40,000 bases of DNA from Desulfovibrio sp. UIB00 (GTDB lineage Bacteria; Desulfobacterota; Desulfovibrionia; Desulfovibrionales; Desulfovibrionaceae), in the NCBI RefSeq assembly GCF_022508225.1, contig NZ_JAETXJ010000003.1, positions 79,556 through 119,555 of the forward strand, read 5' to 3'. The notes under the pieces were generated by a model, which saw only the letters and a list, made by a program, of their open reading frames with translations, searched no databases and had not been told where the DNA came from. The translations under genes were made by a program, and so were the position numbers. Below are positions 28,654-36,508 of this stretch, one piece after another. The stretch's first letter is position 1. Each line of letters starts with the position of its first letter.

Positions 28654-28707
28654 GGTCTGTATCTTTTATGAATACACACTATTAGTTAACTATAAAAGGT
28701 ACAGACC
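28654..28707 (+). terminator. Long imperfect hairpin after the ATPase gene
   Basis: ggtctgtatctttta ... tataaaaggtacagacc: arms of about 16 bp with one mismatch and a loop of about 20 nt. Confidence 0.5.
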
Positions 28708-29165
28708 GTTATTAAAGTAAATTCCAGTTATATTTAAATTTCAGGTATATTTTAAAAAAAATTCAATAAAATCAGCATGTTTTGAATATGTAAATTTTGA
28801 AATTTACAAGCTGAAAAGTTATTGTAAGCTAATAAAATATTTGAATATTTTAAATTTCAAACTGCTATATATAATAATGGAATGCAAAAACATTCCAATT
28901 ATTATTTTCTCTACACGCTCGATACTCACTGCATCACTGTACTTCATTTTCATTTCAAACACTTCATAGAGATATTTTTAGGAATACATATTAATGTGTT
29001 CAACAAAAGCATTGGTAAAACCTACTGGTTCTTTTGTTTACGGAGGTTTGTGTTGAATATTGCAATGCAATTATGGAAGCTACAATACCTAGTTAGAAAT
29101 TCAAAGCTATTAAGGAAGATTGTGATTGAAACAATAGTTACAATTTTAAAAAGCAGAATTTAACC

Positions 29166-29190
29166 AAAGAGTGTGTACACACTCTTTTTT
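29166..29190 (+). terminator. Perfect palindrome plus T-run
   Basis: aaAGAGTGTGTACACACTCTtt (18-bp perfect core at 29168-29185) runs into a T6 tract. Confidence 0.6.
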
Positions 29191-29241
29191 ATCACTTGAA
29201 TATAGATATTCTTCATAAAAATATGTCTTATGGAGAATGCT

Positions 29242-29655
29242 ATGAGTAAGAAATCACCTGATTCACGTGTTGATAAAGTTAAGAAGCAGGAATCAAAGTA
29301 TGATGCAAATGTGTTGCGGGATTTGATTCGGAACGGCAAAACCGCTTCGGAAATCATGCTGGCAATGGATATTGGTCACAAACAGATTTTGAAGCATCAC
29401 GTTTTGAAACTGATCGCTACTGACAAGGAATTCTACGAAGTTCCGGGACTGTACGATAAGAACCGCCGTAAGGCCTTCGTAAACAGCCGTGGTGAAATCC
29501 GATTAAGGATGCCCAATATCGATTTCAAGGGAATGTCTCTTGAACCAGATACCGAATTTGATGTGGTGGTGGAAGATGATAAGATCATCCTGATTCGCAT
29601 TGTAGCAGAACCGAAGCTAGATTCGTCCAAAATCCTCGCCGTGAGCGATTTGTAA
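29242..29655 (+). CDS. Putative DNA-binding regulator with AbrB/SpoVT-like C-terminal domain
   Basis: ATG 29242 is preceded by GGAGA (the ORF track starts at 29230). The C-terminal GEIRLRMPNIDFKGMSLEPDTEFDVVVEDDKIILIRI looks like a swapped-hairpin (AbrB/MazE) fold, and the N-terminus is basic. The call is tentative. Confidence 0.5.
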   Translation: MSKKSPDSRVDKVKKQESKYDANVLRDLIRNGKTASEIMLAMDIGHKQILKHHVLKLIATDKEFYEVPGLYDKNRRKAFVNSRGEIRLRMPNIDFKGMSLEPDTEFDVVVEDDKIILIRIVAEPKLDSSKILAVSDL

Positions 29656-29885
29656 TCGCAAGGAGCCACTTCAGAAAATGGGGTGGCCTTTTAATTATAA
29701 CAACGCTGATTTGTTAAAAAATGGAACGTCCGATTTGTACCAGAAACGGACATTCAAATGTTTGACGGGGTGAAATTAAATAAATTCAGCCTGTTATGTG
29801 GAGTTCCAAGGGAAACCCTATCCCTGTCCCCAAAATGAATGTCCAAATTCTTGGACTTTTCATAACGAAACGTAAATTGGAGTAC

Positions 29886-30452
29886 ATGATCATGAAGGTG
29901 CAGCCAATTACTGATCTGAAGGATATTAAGCGCATCAAGCGATTGTTGTCATCTAATCCGAGAAACTTGTTGCTATTTATAATGGGTATCAACGCAGGGT
30001 TACGAGTCCAAGATATTTTGGCATTGCGTGTGACTGATGTTGAATATGCTGTTGTTGGAGATCGTATAACTGTGATTGAAAGGAAGACAAAGAAAGAGAA
30101 TGTGCTCATCATTAACCAGGAAATTTATGATGCCGTGCAACGGTATCTGGCCTTTCATAAGCAGCGTGTTCCGAGGGAGTTCCTGTTTAAGAGCCGGAAA
30201 GGTTGGAACTACCCACTGAGCACATATGCTGTAACCCATATGGTCCAGGGCTGGTGCGATGAAATCAATCTGGCCGGCAATTACGGTGCTCATACCCTTC
30301 GCAAGACGTGGTGTTACCAGCAACGAAAGCTCTATGGCGTGTCCTGGGAGTTACTCGCGAAAAGGATGAACCATTCCAACCCCGCAGTAACTCGCCGTTA
30401 CCTTGGCATCCAAGCTGAGGAAGTGGAAGAAGTGTTGCTCAATGCTATCTAG
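29886..30452 (+). CDS. Short tyrosine recombinase (catalytic domain only, ~186-188 aa)
   Basis: GLRVQD (Arg I region), AHTLRKT (H-x-x-R), a NHSN His and RRYLG (catalytic Tyr). The start is ATG 29886 or 29892, with GGAG at 29879-29882. The ORF-track N-terminal extension is unlikely to be real. Confidence 0.75.
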   Translation: MIMKVQPITDLKDIKRIKRLLSSNPRNLLLFIMGINAGLRVQDILALRVTDVEYAVVGDRITVIERKTKKENVLIINQEIYDAVQRYLAFHKQRVPREFLFKSRKGWNYPLSTYAVTHMVQGWCDEINLAGNYGAHTLRKTWCYQQRKLYGVSWELLAKRMNHSNPAVTRRYLGIQAEEVEEVLLNAI

Positions 30453-30633
30453 CACAGCTTTAAAAAAATTTGAAAAAAAATTGTGTATGATGAAGTCGCA
30501 CAACTGTAATGAGCTGTATGAAAAAGTGTCTGAGCAACTTAAAAAACATGTCGTTTGCTTAAAATAATAATGACGTGCTATCGGATATCAGCTCTACCAA
30601 AATAATGGTAGCAACTTCAACAGGAGATAATTG

Positions 30634-31737
30634 ATGAGCGTACACCCACATAAAGATGGGCGCTGGATTTGCACGTATTATCCAAACGGCATACGGAAGG
30701 ACAAGTCGTTTGGGCGCGGTCCTGATGCAAAATCTTCAGCAGACTTGTTTGATTTAGAAATGAAAAAACTTTACTCAAATAAAGGAACTCATTGCGAATC
30801 AGTCGTACCAGTACAAATCTCTGAGCCAATGAAACCTTTAAGCCAGATGACCTTTGGAGGACTGGTAGAAGAGTATCTTCAGCATAGTCGGGCGAATGGT
30901 TCCACAGAAAACCATTTAGACAGCATTTTGAGTGTCGCAAATGCGCTCTTTTACCCGGCATTTGGAAAGGAAAAGCTGATTGTAAGCTTCGATTATGGAC
31001 ACGACATCTTGCCGTTCATGACCAAGATCGCAAACGAGCCTTCTCAAAGGGGGAGTTGTCGTGCGACAGTAACCGTGAACAAGTACGGACACTTTCTCGT
31101 AGCTCTGTTCAACTACGCAATAGCGCGTGACTACATTTCAAACAACCCTATGCGCCTTTGGAAAAAAGCAAAGGTCAAAAAAAAGGACATACAGCTTACA
31201 ATTGAAGATGCACAAAAGATTATGCATTGTGCTGCGCCTCACTTGAGATGGGCAATGGAAGTATGCTTTAATTTGGGGACACGCTCTGGTGAATCAGAAT
31301 TACTTTCATTGAAATGGTCAGACGTAGACTACGAGAAAAAGATGGTCCATGTCTACGGCAGAAAGACAAAAACGGACCGGTTCATACCAGTCAGTGATGA
31401 GTTTCTTAAGAAGCTTGCAGAAAAGCAGGCTGTCGCCCGTACAGATCACATTGTTGAATTTCGAGGCAGACCAATTCGAATGATTCGTAATGCGTTCCGT
31501 CAGGCTGTGAGAAAAGCTCAAATTACATATCCTGTTCGCATGTATGATTTGAGACACCTTTTTGCGACCTCTCTCATCAGTGCAGGGGCCTCAATTGGGT
31601 CAGTTTCGAAGCTGATGGGTCATGCTCGAATCTCAACAACGGTCAATGTCTACTACCAGGTCAAGCAGGAGGAGCTGGAGCGCGCGATGAGCATTTTACC
31701 CAAGCTCGAAGTGAACGATGCTAAGACGGGCTCTTGA
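30634..31737 (+). CDS. int: Tyrosine-type site-specific integrase
   Basis: 367 aa with AGGAGA 6 nt upstream of ATG 30634. It has an N-terminal SAM/arm-like region, TRSGE (Arg I), YDLRHLFAT (H-x-x-R), GHARISTT and VYYQ (Tyr). It lies about 230 bp from attR. Confidence 0.9.
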   Translation: MSVHPHKDGRWICTYYPNGIRKDKSFGRGPDAKSSADLFDLEMKKLYSNKGTHCESVVPVQISEPMKPLSQMTFGGLVEEYLQHSRANGSTENHLDSILSVANALFYPAFGKEKLIVSFDYGHDILPFMTKIANEPSQRGSCRATVTVNKYGHFLVALFNYAIARDYISNNPMRLWKKAKVKKKDIQLTIEDAQKIMHCAAPHLRWAMEVCFNLGTRSGESELLSLKWSDVDYEKKMVHVYGRKTKTDRFIPVSDEFLKKLAEKQAVARTDHIVEFRGRPIRMIRNAFRQAVRKAQITYPVRMYDLRHLFATSLISAGASIGSVSKLMGHARISTTVNVYYQVKQEELERAMSILPKLEVNDAKTGS

Positions 31738-31755
31738 GGGCCAAAAACAACCAAC

Positions 31756-31788
31756 CAGGATAGCGAATAGTTCGTTGTCCTGTTTTTT
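31756..31788 (+). terminator. Rho-independent terminator of int
   Basis: 12-bp stem (31756-31767 / 31771-31782, two G:U pairs) with a 3-nt loop, followed by T6 (31783-31788). Confidence 0.75.
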
Positions 31789-31847
31789 GCTGATTAAAAA
31801 ACCATCAGTGGAAAAAATATTACTGTATAACAATGTTACGACAAAGC

Positions 31848-31897
31848 AAAACGCCAAAAACATGTTGGCGTATAATTGGCGTATAATTGGCGTTTAA
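31848..31897 (+). repeat. Tandem 11-bp repeats TTGGCGTATAA x2 plus TTGGCGTTTAA, with an upstream inverted copy
   Basis: Copies at 31865-31875, 31876-31886 and 31887-31897. The inverted aaaacgccaa lies at 31848-31857. The array sits between int and attR. Confidence 0.7.
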
Positions 31898-31964
31898 TAT
31901 TAAATATGAACTGTTAATATATTAATAATAACCAATGTAATATTAGTATATAAGATTATCTGTG

Positions 31965-32011
31965 ATGGGGTTCAAGGGGTCGAAGGTTCAAATCCTTTCA
32001 TCCCGACCAGA
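31965..32011 (+). repeat. attR: displaced 3' part of tRNA-Pro (47-bp direct repeat)
   Basis: Identical to 24281-24327. There is no tRNA 5' half upstream, only AT-rich island DNA. Confidence 0.85.
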
Positions 32012-32019
32012 GATTTAAA

Positions 32020-32050
32020 GGGAATTCATGGAAACATGAATTCCCTTTTC
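32020..32050 (+). terminator. Host-side version of the tRNA terminator hairpin
   Basis: gggaattcatg-gaaa-catgaattccc followed by ttttctc. The spacer to CCA differs from the copy at 24328-24333. Confidence 0.6.
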
Positions 32051-32249
32051 TCGTTTCTAACGGCTGTTTTTCCGCTTTCTATCGACAAAAAAACAGATTC
32101 CCCTGCCTGTAAGTATAAAAAATCCGTCTTTTTTACTTCATCAGGCATAATTTGTGCCAAAAACAGTTGCCTGACTGTTGTCGTCAAGAAAAAAAAGGAA
32201 TATGCAGAAAACAAACCTGTTTTTTTTGGCAAAACCAAGGAGGGTCATC

Positions 32250-32930
32250 ATGTTTAAGCGTCTCATGCTTGCATTTGTTCTGTCCCTGGCACTCGCAGCT
32301 CCTGCGGCTGCGGAAAACACCGGCGTTTATGGCGGCTTAAAATTTATTGATTCCATTCAAAGCACTGGCCCGTTCTCTTTGAGCGGGGATGTGAAGGGGC
32401 TTGGCGTTGGTCAGTATTCGCAAAACACCGTTGGGGGCGGTATTTTTGTGGGGTACGACTTTTACCCGCATTTTCAGGTGCCCATGCGCACAGAACTGGA
32501 ATATGCCATACGCAGCAATATGACCAAGACCTGGGATCAGAAAGTAAATGGCGGCACGGCATCGTTCAAGGGCGAGTGGGGCGTGCAAACTCTGTTTGCC
32601 AACGCATATTGGGACTTCCACAACTCCACGGCCTTTACTCCTTACCTCGGCGGCGGCCTCGGCATGGGATTCATCAAGACCAAGTACACTGCGGATGTTG
32701 ACGGCGATGGGGATTCCGGCAGCCTGACGCAGTATGATACCGTTTTTGCATGGAATCTCGGCGCGGGCTGTTCCTATGCCTTTACGGAAAACATCTCGGC
32801 AGATCTGGCCTACCGCTTTGTGGGGCTGGGCTATACCGACATCAGCAAGCGCGTTGACGACAACAAGGTTTCCATCGGCAATACTCCGTATGCCAATGAA
32901 TTCAGCCTTGGCCTGCGTTTTACGTTCTAG
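32250..32930 (+). CDS. Outer-membrane beta-barrel protein (OmpW/Opa-like small porin family)
   Basis: ATG 32250 follows AAGGAGGG. It has a signal peptide ending LALAAPAAA, alternating beta-strand pattern and a C-terminal LGLRFTF motif. Confidence 0.8.
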   Translation: MFKRLMLAFVLSLALAAPAAAENTGVYGGLKFIDSIQSTGPFSLSGDVKGLGVGQYSQNTVGGGIFVGYDFYPHFQVPMRTELEYAIRSNMTKTWDQKVNGGTASFKGEWGVQTLFANAYWDFHNSTAFTPYLGGGLGMGFIKTKYTADVDGDGDSGSLTQYDTVFAWNLGAGCSYAFTENISADLAYRFVGLGYTDISKRVDDNKVSIGNTPYANEFSLGLRFTF

Positions 32931-32964
32931 GCATAGGAAAAGACAAACTGTCAGCTAGATTAGT

Positions 32965-32993
32965 GGGCCGGGGATTTCTCCGGCCCTTTTTTT
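32965..32993 (+). terminator. Rho-independent terminator
   Basis: gggccgg-ggatttct-ccggccc followed by T7. Confidence 0.85.
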
Positions 32994-33094
32994 ATGTGTT
33001 GTTGCCGCAATAACCGCGCTTGTCTTCGGTTGACCACACCGATGGATAAAAATAATATAAAGTATCTTGTCGCAACCCTGTTACTGGAGATGTT

Positions 33095-33559
33095 ATGGAC
33101 CTGAAGAAAGGACAAAGCATAATTGATGTCTTTGATGCGCTGTTACAGTCTACAGATCCAGCCCTCGCGCATGTGCGGGTAGCGCCAGACGCATGGACGC
33201 TTACGGAAATTGTCGGCCATCTTGTGGATTCTGCTGCCAACAACCATCAGCGGTTTGCCCGCTTGATATCGGGCAACCTTGAACAGTTTCCCCCATATGA
33301 CGCGGAAATATTTGTGACTGTTCAGCAGTATGACGGCTGTGATTTTGCAGAAATGGCAAAGTTCTGGCGGCAATATAACTGGATGCTCATGCACATAATG
33401 CGGGCAATACCAGCCACTGCCCTTGAGAATATGTGGCAGCGCCCGGATGGGGCAAAGTCGCTACGGACTCTTGTTGAAGGCTATTTTGAGCATATAGAGA
33501 TGCACGCAGACCAGTATCGCGAGCGCATGCAGATGGTAACGACTCATATTTTTGGTTAG
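33095..33559 (+). CDS. DinB-superfamily (DinB_2-like) metal-dependent protein
   Basis: 154 aa with WTLTEIVGHLVDSAANNHQR and a C-terminal YFEHIEMHADQ His pattern. Confidence 0.7.
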   Translation: MDLKKGQSIIDVFDALLQSTDPALAHVRVAPDAWTLTEIVGHLVDSAANNHQRFARLISGNLEQFPPYDAEIFVTVQQYDGCDFAEMAKFWRQYNWMLMHIMRAIPATALENMWQRPDGAKSLRTLVEGYFEHIEMHADQYRERMQMVTTHIFG

Positions 33560-33709
33560 AAGCAGGAATTAGCGGTAAAATATCAAATTTTGCATCTGGT
33601 TCTAAAATTTAATAAAGTTCATGAAGGCATGAAGTTCATTACAATCGCAGACAGGAATGAACTGAGTTGAATATTCAAAAGCTCACTATTTTCCTTGCAG
33701 GTATTACCT

Positions 33710-34174
33710 ATGATGAATCTGTCGGATTTTGGAATTCTTATTTCTGCTATAGGTGGTGTAATTGTTATATATGAAAAAGTTTTTGAAAAACGAGACAAAT
33801 TTATCATTAAGTTTGATTCTTATCATCCAGAAATGGATGATAGAGATGCAATGTTTATAGTTAGTAAAAGCTTTCGACCTATCTCAATAAGAAACTATGG
33901 CTTTATAAAAGAGGATGGACAGTTGGAGTCAATCCCTTGGATTGGTGAATGCGCGTCAGAATGCGACAACTATGATATTGAAAGAAGAGGCACATTAGAG
34001 AATATGGAGTATAATCAAATTTGCGAAATTAAATGCCGCATAGCGGGGCGGCTTGTAGGTGCTTTTGCAATAGGATCTACTCAGAATTTTCCGAAACTAG
34101 CATTTGGGTGGGAGGTTAATCCTGTTAAAAGGTTATGGATTCGCTTAAAAATATATGGAGCTGCATTTGAATAA
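33710..34174 (+). CDS. Hypothetical single-TM protein (paralog of 24385..24849)
   Basis: 154 aa from ATG 33710, in locally AT-rich DNA. The C-terminal 42 aa are identical to the other copy. It converges on tRNA-Pro copy 2. Confidence 0.7.
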   Translation: MMNLSDFGILISAIGGVIVIYEKVFEKRDKFIIKFDSYHPEMDDRDAMFIVSKSFRPISIRNYGFIKEDGQLESIPWIGECASECDNYDIERRGTLENMEYNQICEIKCRIAGRLVGAFAIGSTQNFPKLAFGWEVNPVKRLWIRLKIYGAAFE

Positions 34175-34193
34175 CGGCTCCTCGCCACCAACG

Positions 34194-34225
34194 AAAAAAG
34201 GGAATTCATGTTTCCATGAATTCCC
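34194..34225 (-). terminator. tRNA terminator hairpin (copy 2)
   Basis: Reverse complement of 24334-24365, identical. Confidence 0.8.
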
Positions 34226-34233
34226 CCAAATTC

Positions 34234-34310
34234 TGGTCGGGATGAAAGGATTTGAACCTTCGACCCCTTGAACCCCATTCAAGTGCGCTCCCAGGCTGCG
34301 CTACATCCCG
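34234..34310 (-). tRNA. tRNA-Pro (anticodon GGG), second identical copy
   Basis: Reverse complement is identical to 24249-24325. Confidence 0.9.
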
Positions 34311-34322
34311 ACGCGAAAAGAG

Positions 34323-34352
34323 TAACTACGCGGAACAGCACGGCCTGTCAAC
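34323..34352 (-). promoter_or_regulatory. Sigma-70-like promoter of tRNA-Pro copy 2
   Basis: On the minus strand: TTGACA (34352-34347), 18 nt, then TAGTTA (34328-34323). It is partly conserved with the promoter of copy 1. Confidence 0.4.
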
Positions 34353-34364
34353 ATTTTTGCAACA

Positions 34365-36392
34365 TTATTTTGCATTTTTTAAGACTAATCCCACAAGCGG
34401 CGGAAGATACAGGGTGATGTCCCCCTCATACCGACCCGGCAGGGGAGCAGTAAAATGCTCTGTTGGCGGGCTTTTTACCGCCAGATTACCATGTCCGGCA
34501 AAGCGGATTTCGTCAGACGAAAGCAGCTCCGCATACTTGCCGGGGCTTACGGCAAAGCGCAGGCCTTTTTGCGCCTCAAGCTCATGAAAATTGAAGGCAA
34601 AGAGCAGTTGCCCGCGCTCAAAGGCAAGCAGTCGCTTTTCTTCATGTATAAAGCGGAACATGGGCGGCTGTGCAAAGTCCTCAAGGTGGCTTTGCACAAG
34701 GGCGAGCATCTGCCTGTCCCATGAGGCCAGGGAGTGATATTTCAGTCCCGGGTCGTCCGCCAGCCGCCATTGACGGTGCGCATTTTTTTCCGCATCCAGC
34801 CATTCGGGATGTCCGAACTCGCAACCCATAAAGTTCAGGTAGCCCGCATCTGCCGTTGCCAGTGTTATAAGCCGCATGAGCCGATAAAAGGCCAACCCGC
34901 GCGATATGTTCCAGCTCTCGGCCTTGTTGCCCATATGACCGTACATGGCATCGCCCAGCAACCGCCAGATCATGGCATCGCTGCCGTTGATGTGCTGGTC
35001 GTGGCATTCCACATAGCTGATGGTGCGGTCGTAGGGCCGATGGTTGGTCATTTCATACCACAGGCTGCCCATGTCGCGCGGCTCTTCAATGCACTTTGCC
35101 CAGTAATCGGGAATCCCCATGGCGAAGCGGTAATCAAAACCAAGGCCGCCTTGCTCCGGCGGGCAGGTCAGCCCCGGCATGCCGGAAAATTCTTCGGCAA
35201 TGGTCATAGCTGATGTAGTAAGCTCATGCGTGAGGGCATTGGCAAGGTTGAGATACAGTTCCCCGTTCACATCTGCGCGGGGCAGGCCGTTTTTGCCGTA
35301 AAAGCAGCGCCCCACATGAGAAAAATCGTCATCTTCGCCAAAATCCGCATAAAGCATGTTGCCCACGGCATCAAAGCGGAAGCCGTCCACGCGGAATTCT
35401 TCCAGCCAGTAGCGGCAGTTGGAGAGCAGAAAACGCCGCGTTGCCTCCTGGCTGAAATCAAAGGATGGCGTTCCCCACTGGTTTTGTTGCTCGGTAAAAA
35501 AATACCTGCTCCCATCGTACTGCGCCAGCCCTTGCTCCGTATTGGCGCTGGCGTGGCCGTGGGGCACATCAAGTATAACCGCCAGCCCCAGGCCGTGCGC
35601 GGTGTCCACAAGCTCCTTGAAGCCGTCCGGTGTGCCATAACGCGACGACGGCGCAAAATAGCTGCTCACCTGATAGCCGAATGATTTGTACAGCGGGTGC
35701 TCCAGTATGCCCATGAGCTGCACCGCCGTATAGCCGCAAGCCTTGATACGGGGCAGTATGTCGCGGCAAAAATCCGCATAGCTGCCCACGCTGTTGCCCT
35801 TGTGCGCCTGCGCGGATTGCGCCATGCCCACATGGGCCTCGTAAATACGGGGAAAGGCCTGCCGGGCAGGGCGGCGATGTTTGAAGCGGTAAGGTTCATC
35901 CGGCAGCCACAGGCGGGCGCACCATTGCTCCGGCACTGTCGCGTTCTGTTCCACCCAGTTGGCAAAGGCTGGTATGCGCTTGAGGGCCTTGCCGGGGTGC
36001 TGCGCGTCCTGCGCTTGCGCGGGAACCAGCCGCAACTCCACGTAGGTGCCGTGTTGCAGGGTATCGCCGGGCAGTTCCAGCTCAAAAATGCCGTCTGCAC
36101 AGCGCTCAAAACGGTATTTGGCGTGGCGCTGAAAGTTCAGTTTGTCAGTGGTGAGCCACAGGCTTTCGGCATTGGGCATGTATTCGCGCCAGCGCCATAT
36201 GCTGCCTGCGGGTGTTGTGAGGCGGTGAGCGCCAAAGGTGAGGTGCTGACCAGCGTAGGCGCGCAACGAGCCGTGATGGGTGCGTATGCGCTCAATTTCT
36301 GCCATATAGGCATGGGTGCGGCGTTGAATGAAGGGGCGGTACTGCTCCAGGGCTGGGTCATCCAACGGACTGCCGGGAGAAGCGGAAGGCAT
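34365..36392 (-). CDS. glgB: 1,4-alpha-glucan branching enzyme (GH13, eukaryote-like GH13_8 type)
   Basis: 675 aa with AGGAGA upstream. GH13 regions include VILDVPHGH, DGFRFDAVGNM, IAEEFSGMPG and YVECHDQ. Confidence 0.8.
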   Translation of the reverse strand: MPSASPGSPLDDPALEQYRPFIQRRTHAYMAEIERIRTHHGSLRAYAGQHLTFGAHRLTTPAGSIWRWREYMPNAESLWLTTDKLNFQRHAKYRFERCADGIFELELPGDTLQHGTYVELRLVPAQAQDAQHPGKALKRIPAFANWVEQNATVPEQWCARLWLPDEPYRFKHRRPARQAFPRIYEAHVGMAQSAQAHKGNSVGSYADFCRDILPRIKACGYTAVQLMGILEHPLYKSFGYQVSSYFAPSSRYGTPDGFKELVDTAHGLGLAVILDVPHGHASANTEQGLAQYDGSRYFFTEQQNQWGTPSFDFSQEATRRFLLSNCRYWLEEFRVDGFRFDAVGNMLYADFGEDDDFSHVGRCFYGKNGLPRADVNGELYLNLANALTHELTTSAMTIAEEFSGMPGLTCPPEQGGLGFDYRFAMGIPDYWAKCIEEPRDMGSLWYEMTNHRPYDRTISYVECHDQHINGSDAMIWRLLGDAMYGHMGNKAESWNISRGLAFYRLMRLITLATADAGYLNFMGCEFGHPEWLDAEKNAHRQWRLADDPGLKYHSLASWDRQMLALVQSHLEDFAQPPMFRFIHEEKRLLAFERGQLLFAFNFHELEAQKGLRFAVSPGKYAELLSSDEIRFAGHGNLAVKSPPTEHFTAPLPGRYEGDITLYLPPLVGLVLKNAK

Positions 36393-36508
36393 GGCGGATC
36401 TCCTGATTATGGTTGCCCGAAAGCGGCGGGCGCAGGCTCGTCATGCATTGCCCGTCCGACCCGAGAGCCGGACGGGCACAAGGGCCATTGCTGGCCCGGA
36501 AGCGTCAG

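Larger units (their letters stand above)
24281..32011 (+). mobile_element. Integrative genomic island (satellite- or IME-like) inserted in tRNA-Pro(GGG)
   Basis: Perfect 47-bp direct repeats at both ends. Composition shifts abruptly: sampled lines are about 20-35% GC inside versus about 60-68% GC in flanking genes. The island holds an integrase, a second recombinase, a replication-type ATPase and accessory genes. Confidence 0.8.
33710..34352 (-). repeat. Right arm of ~0.6-kb inverted repeat
   Basis: See left arm. Confidence 0.85.

Noticed and set aside
28882-29163. 93-aa ORF in the island between the ATPase and the regulator.
   Set aside because: It is not listed as a feature. Its start sits in a hairpin loop without a clear RBS, and its composition is AT-driven. 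It is not fully dismissed, because its stop lies 4 nt before a strong terminator (see the finding at 28654-29190).
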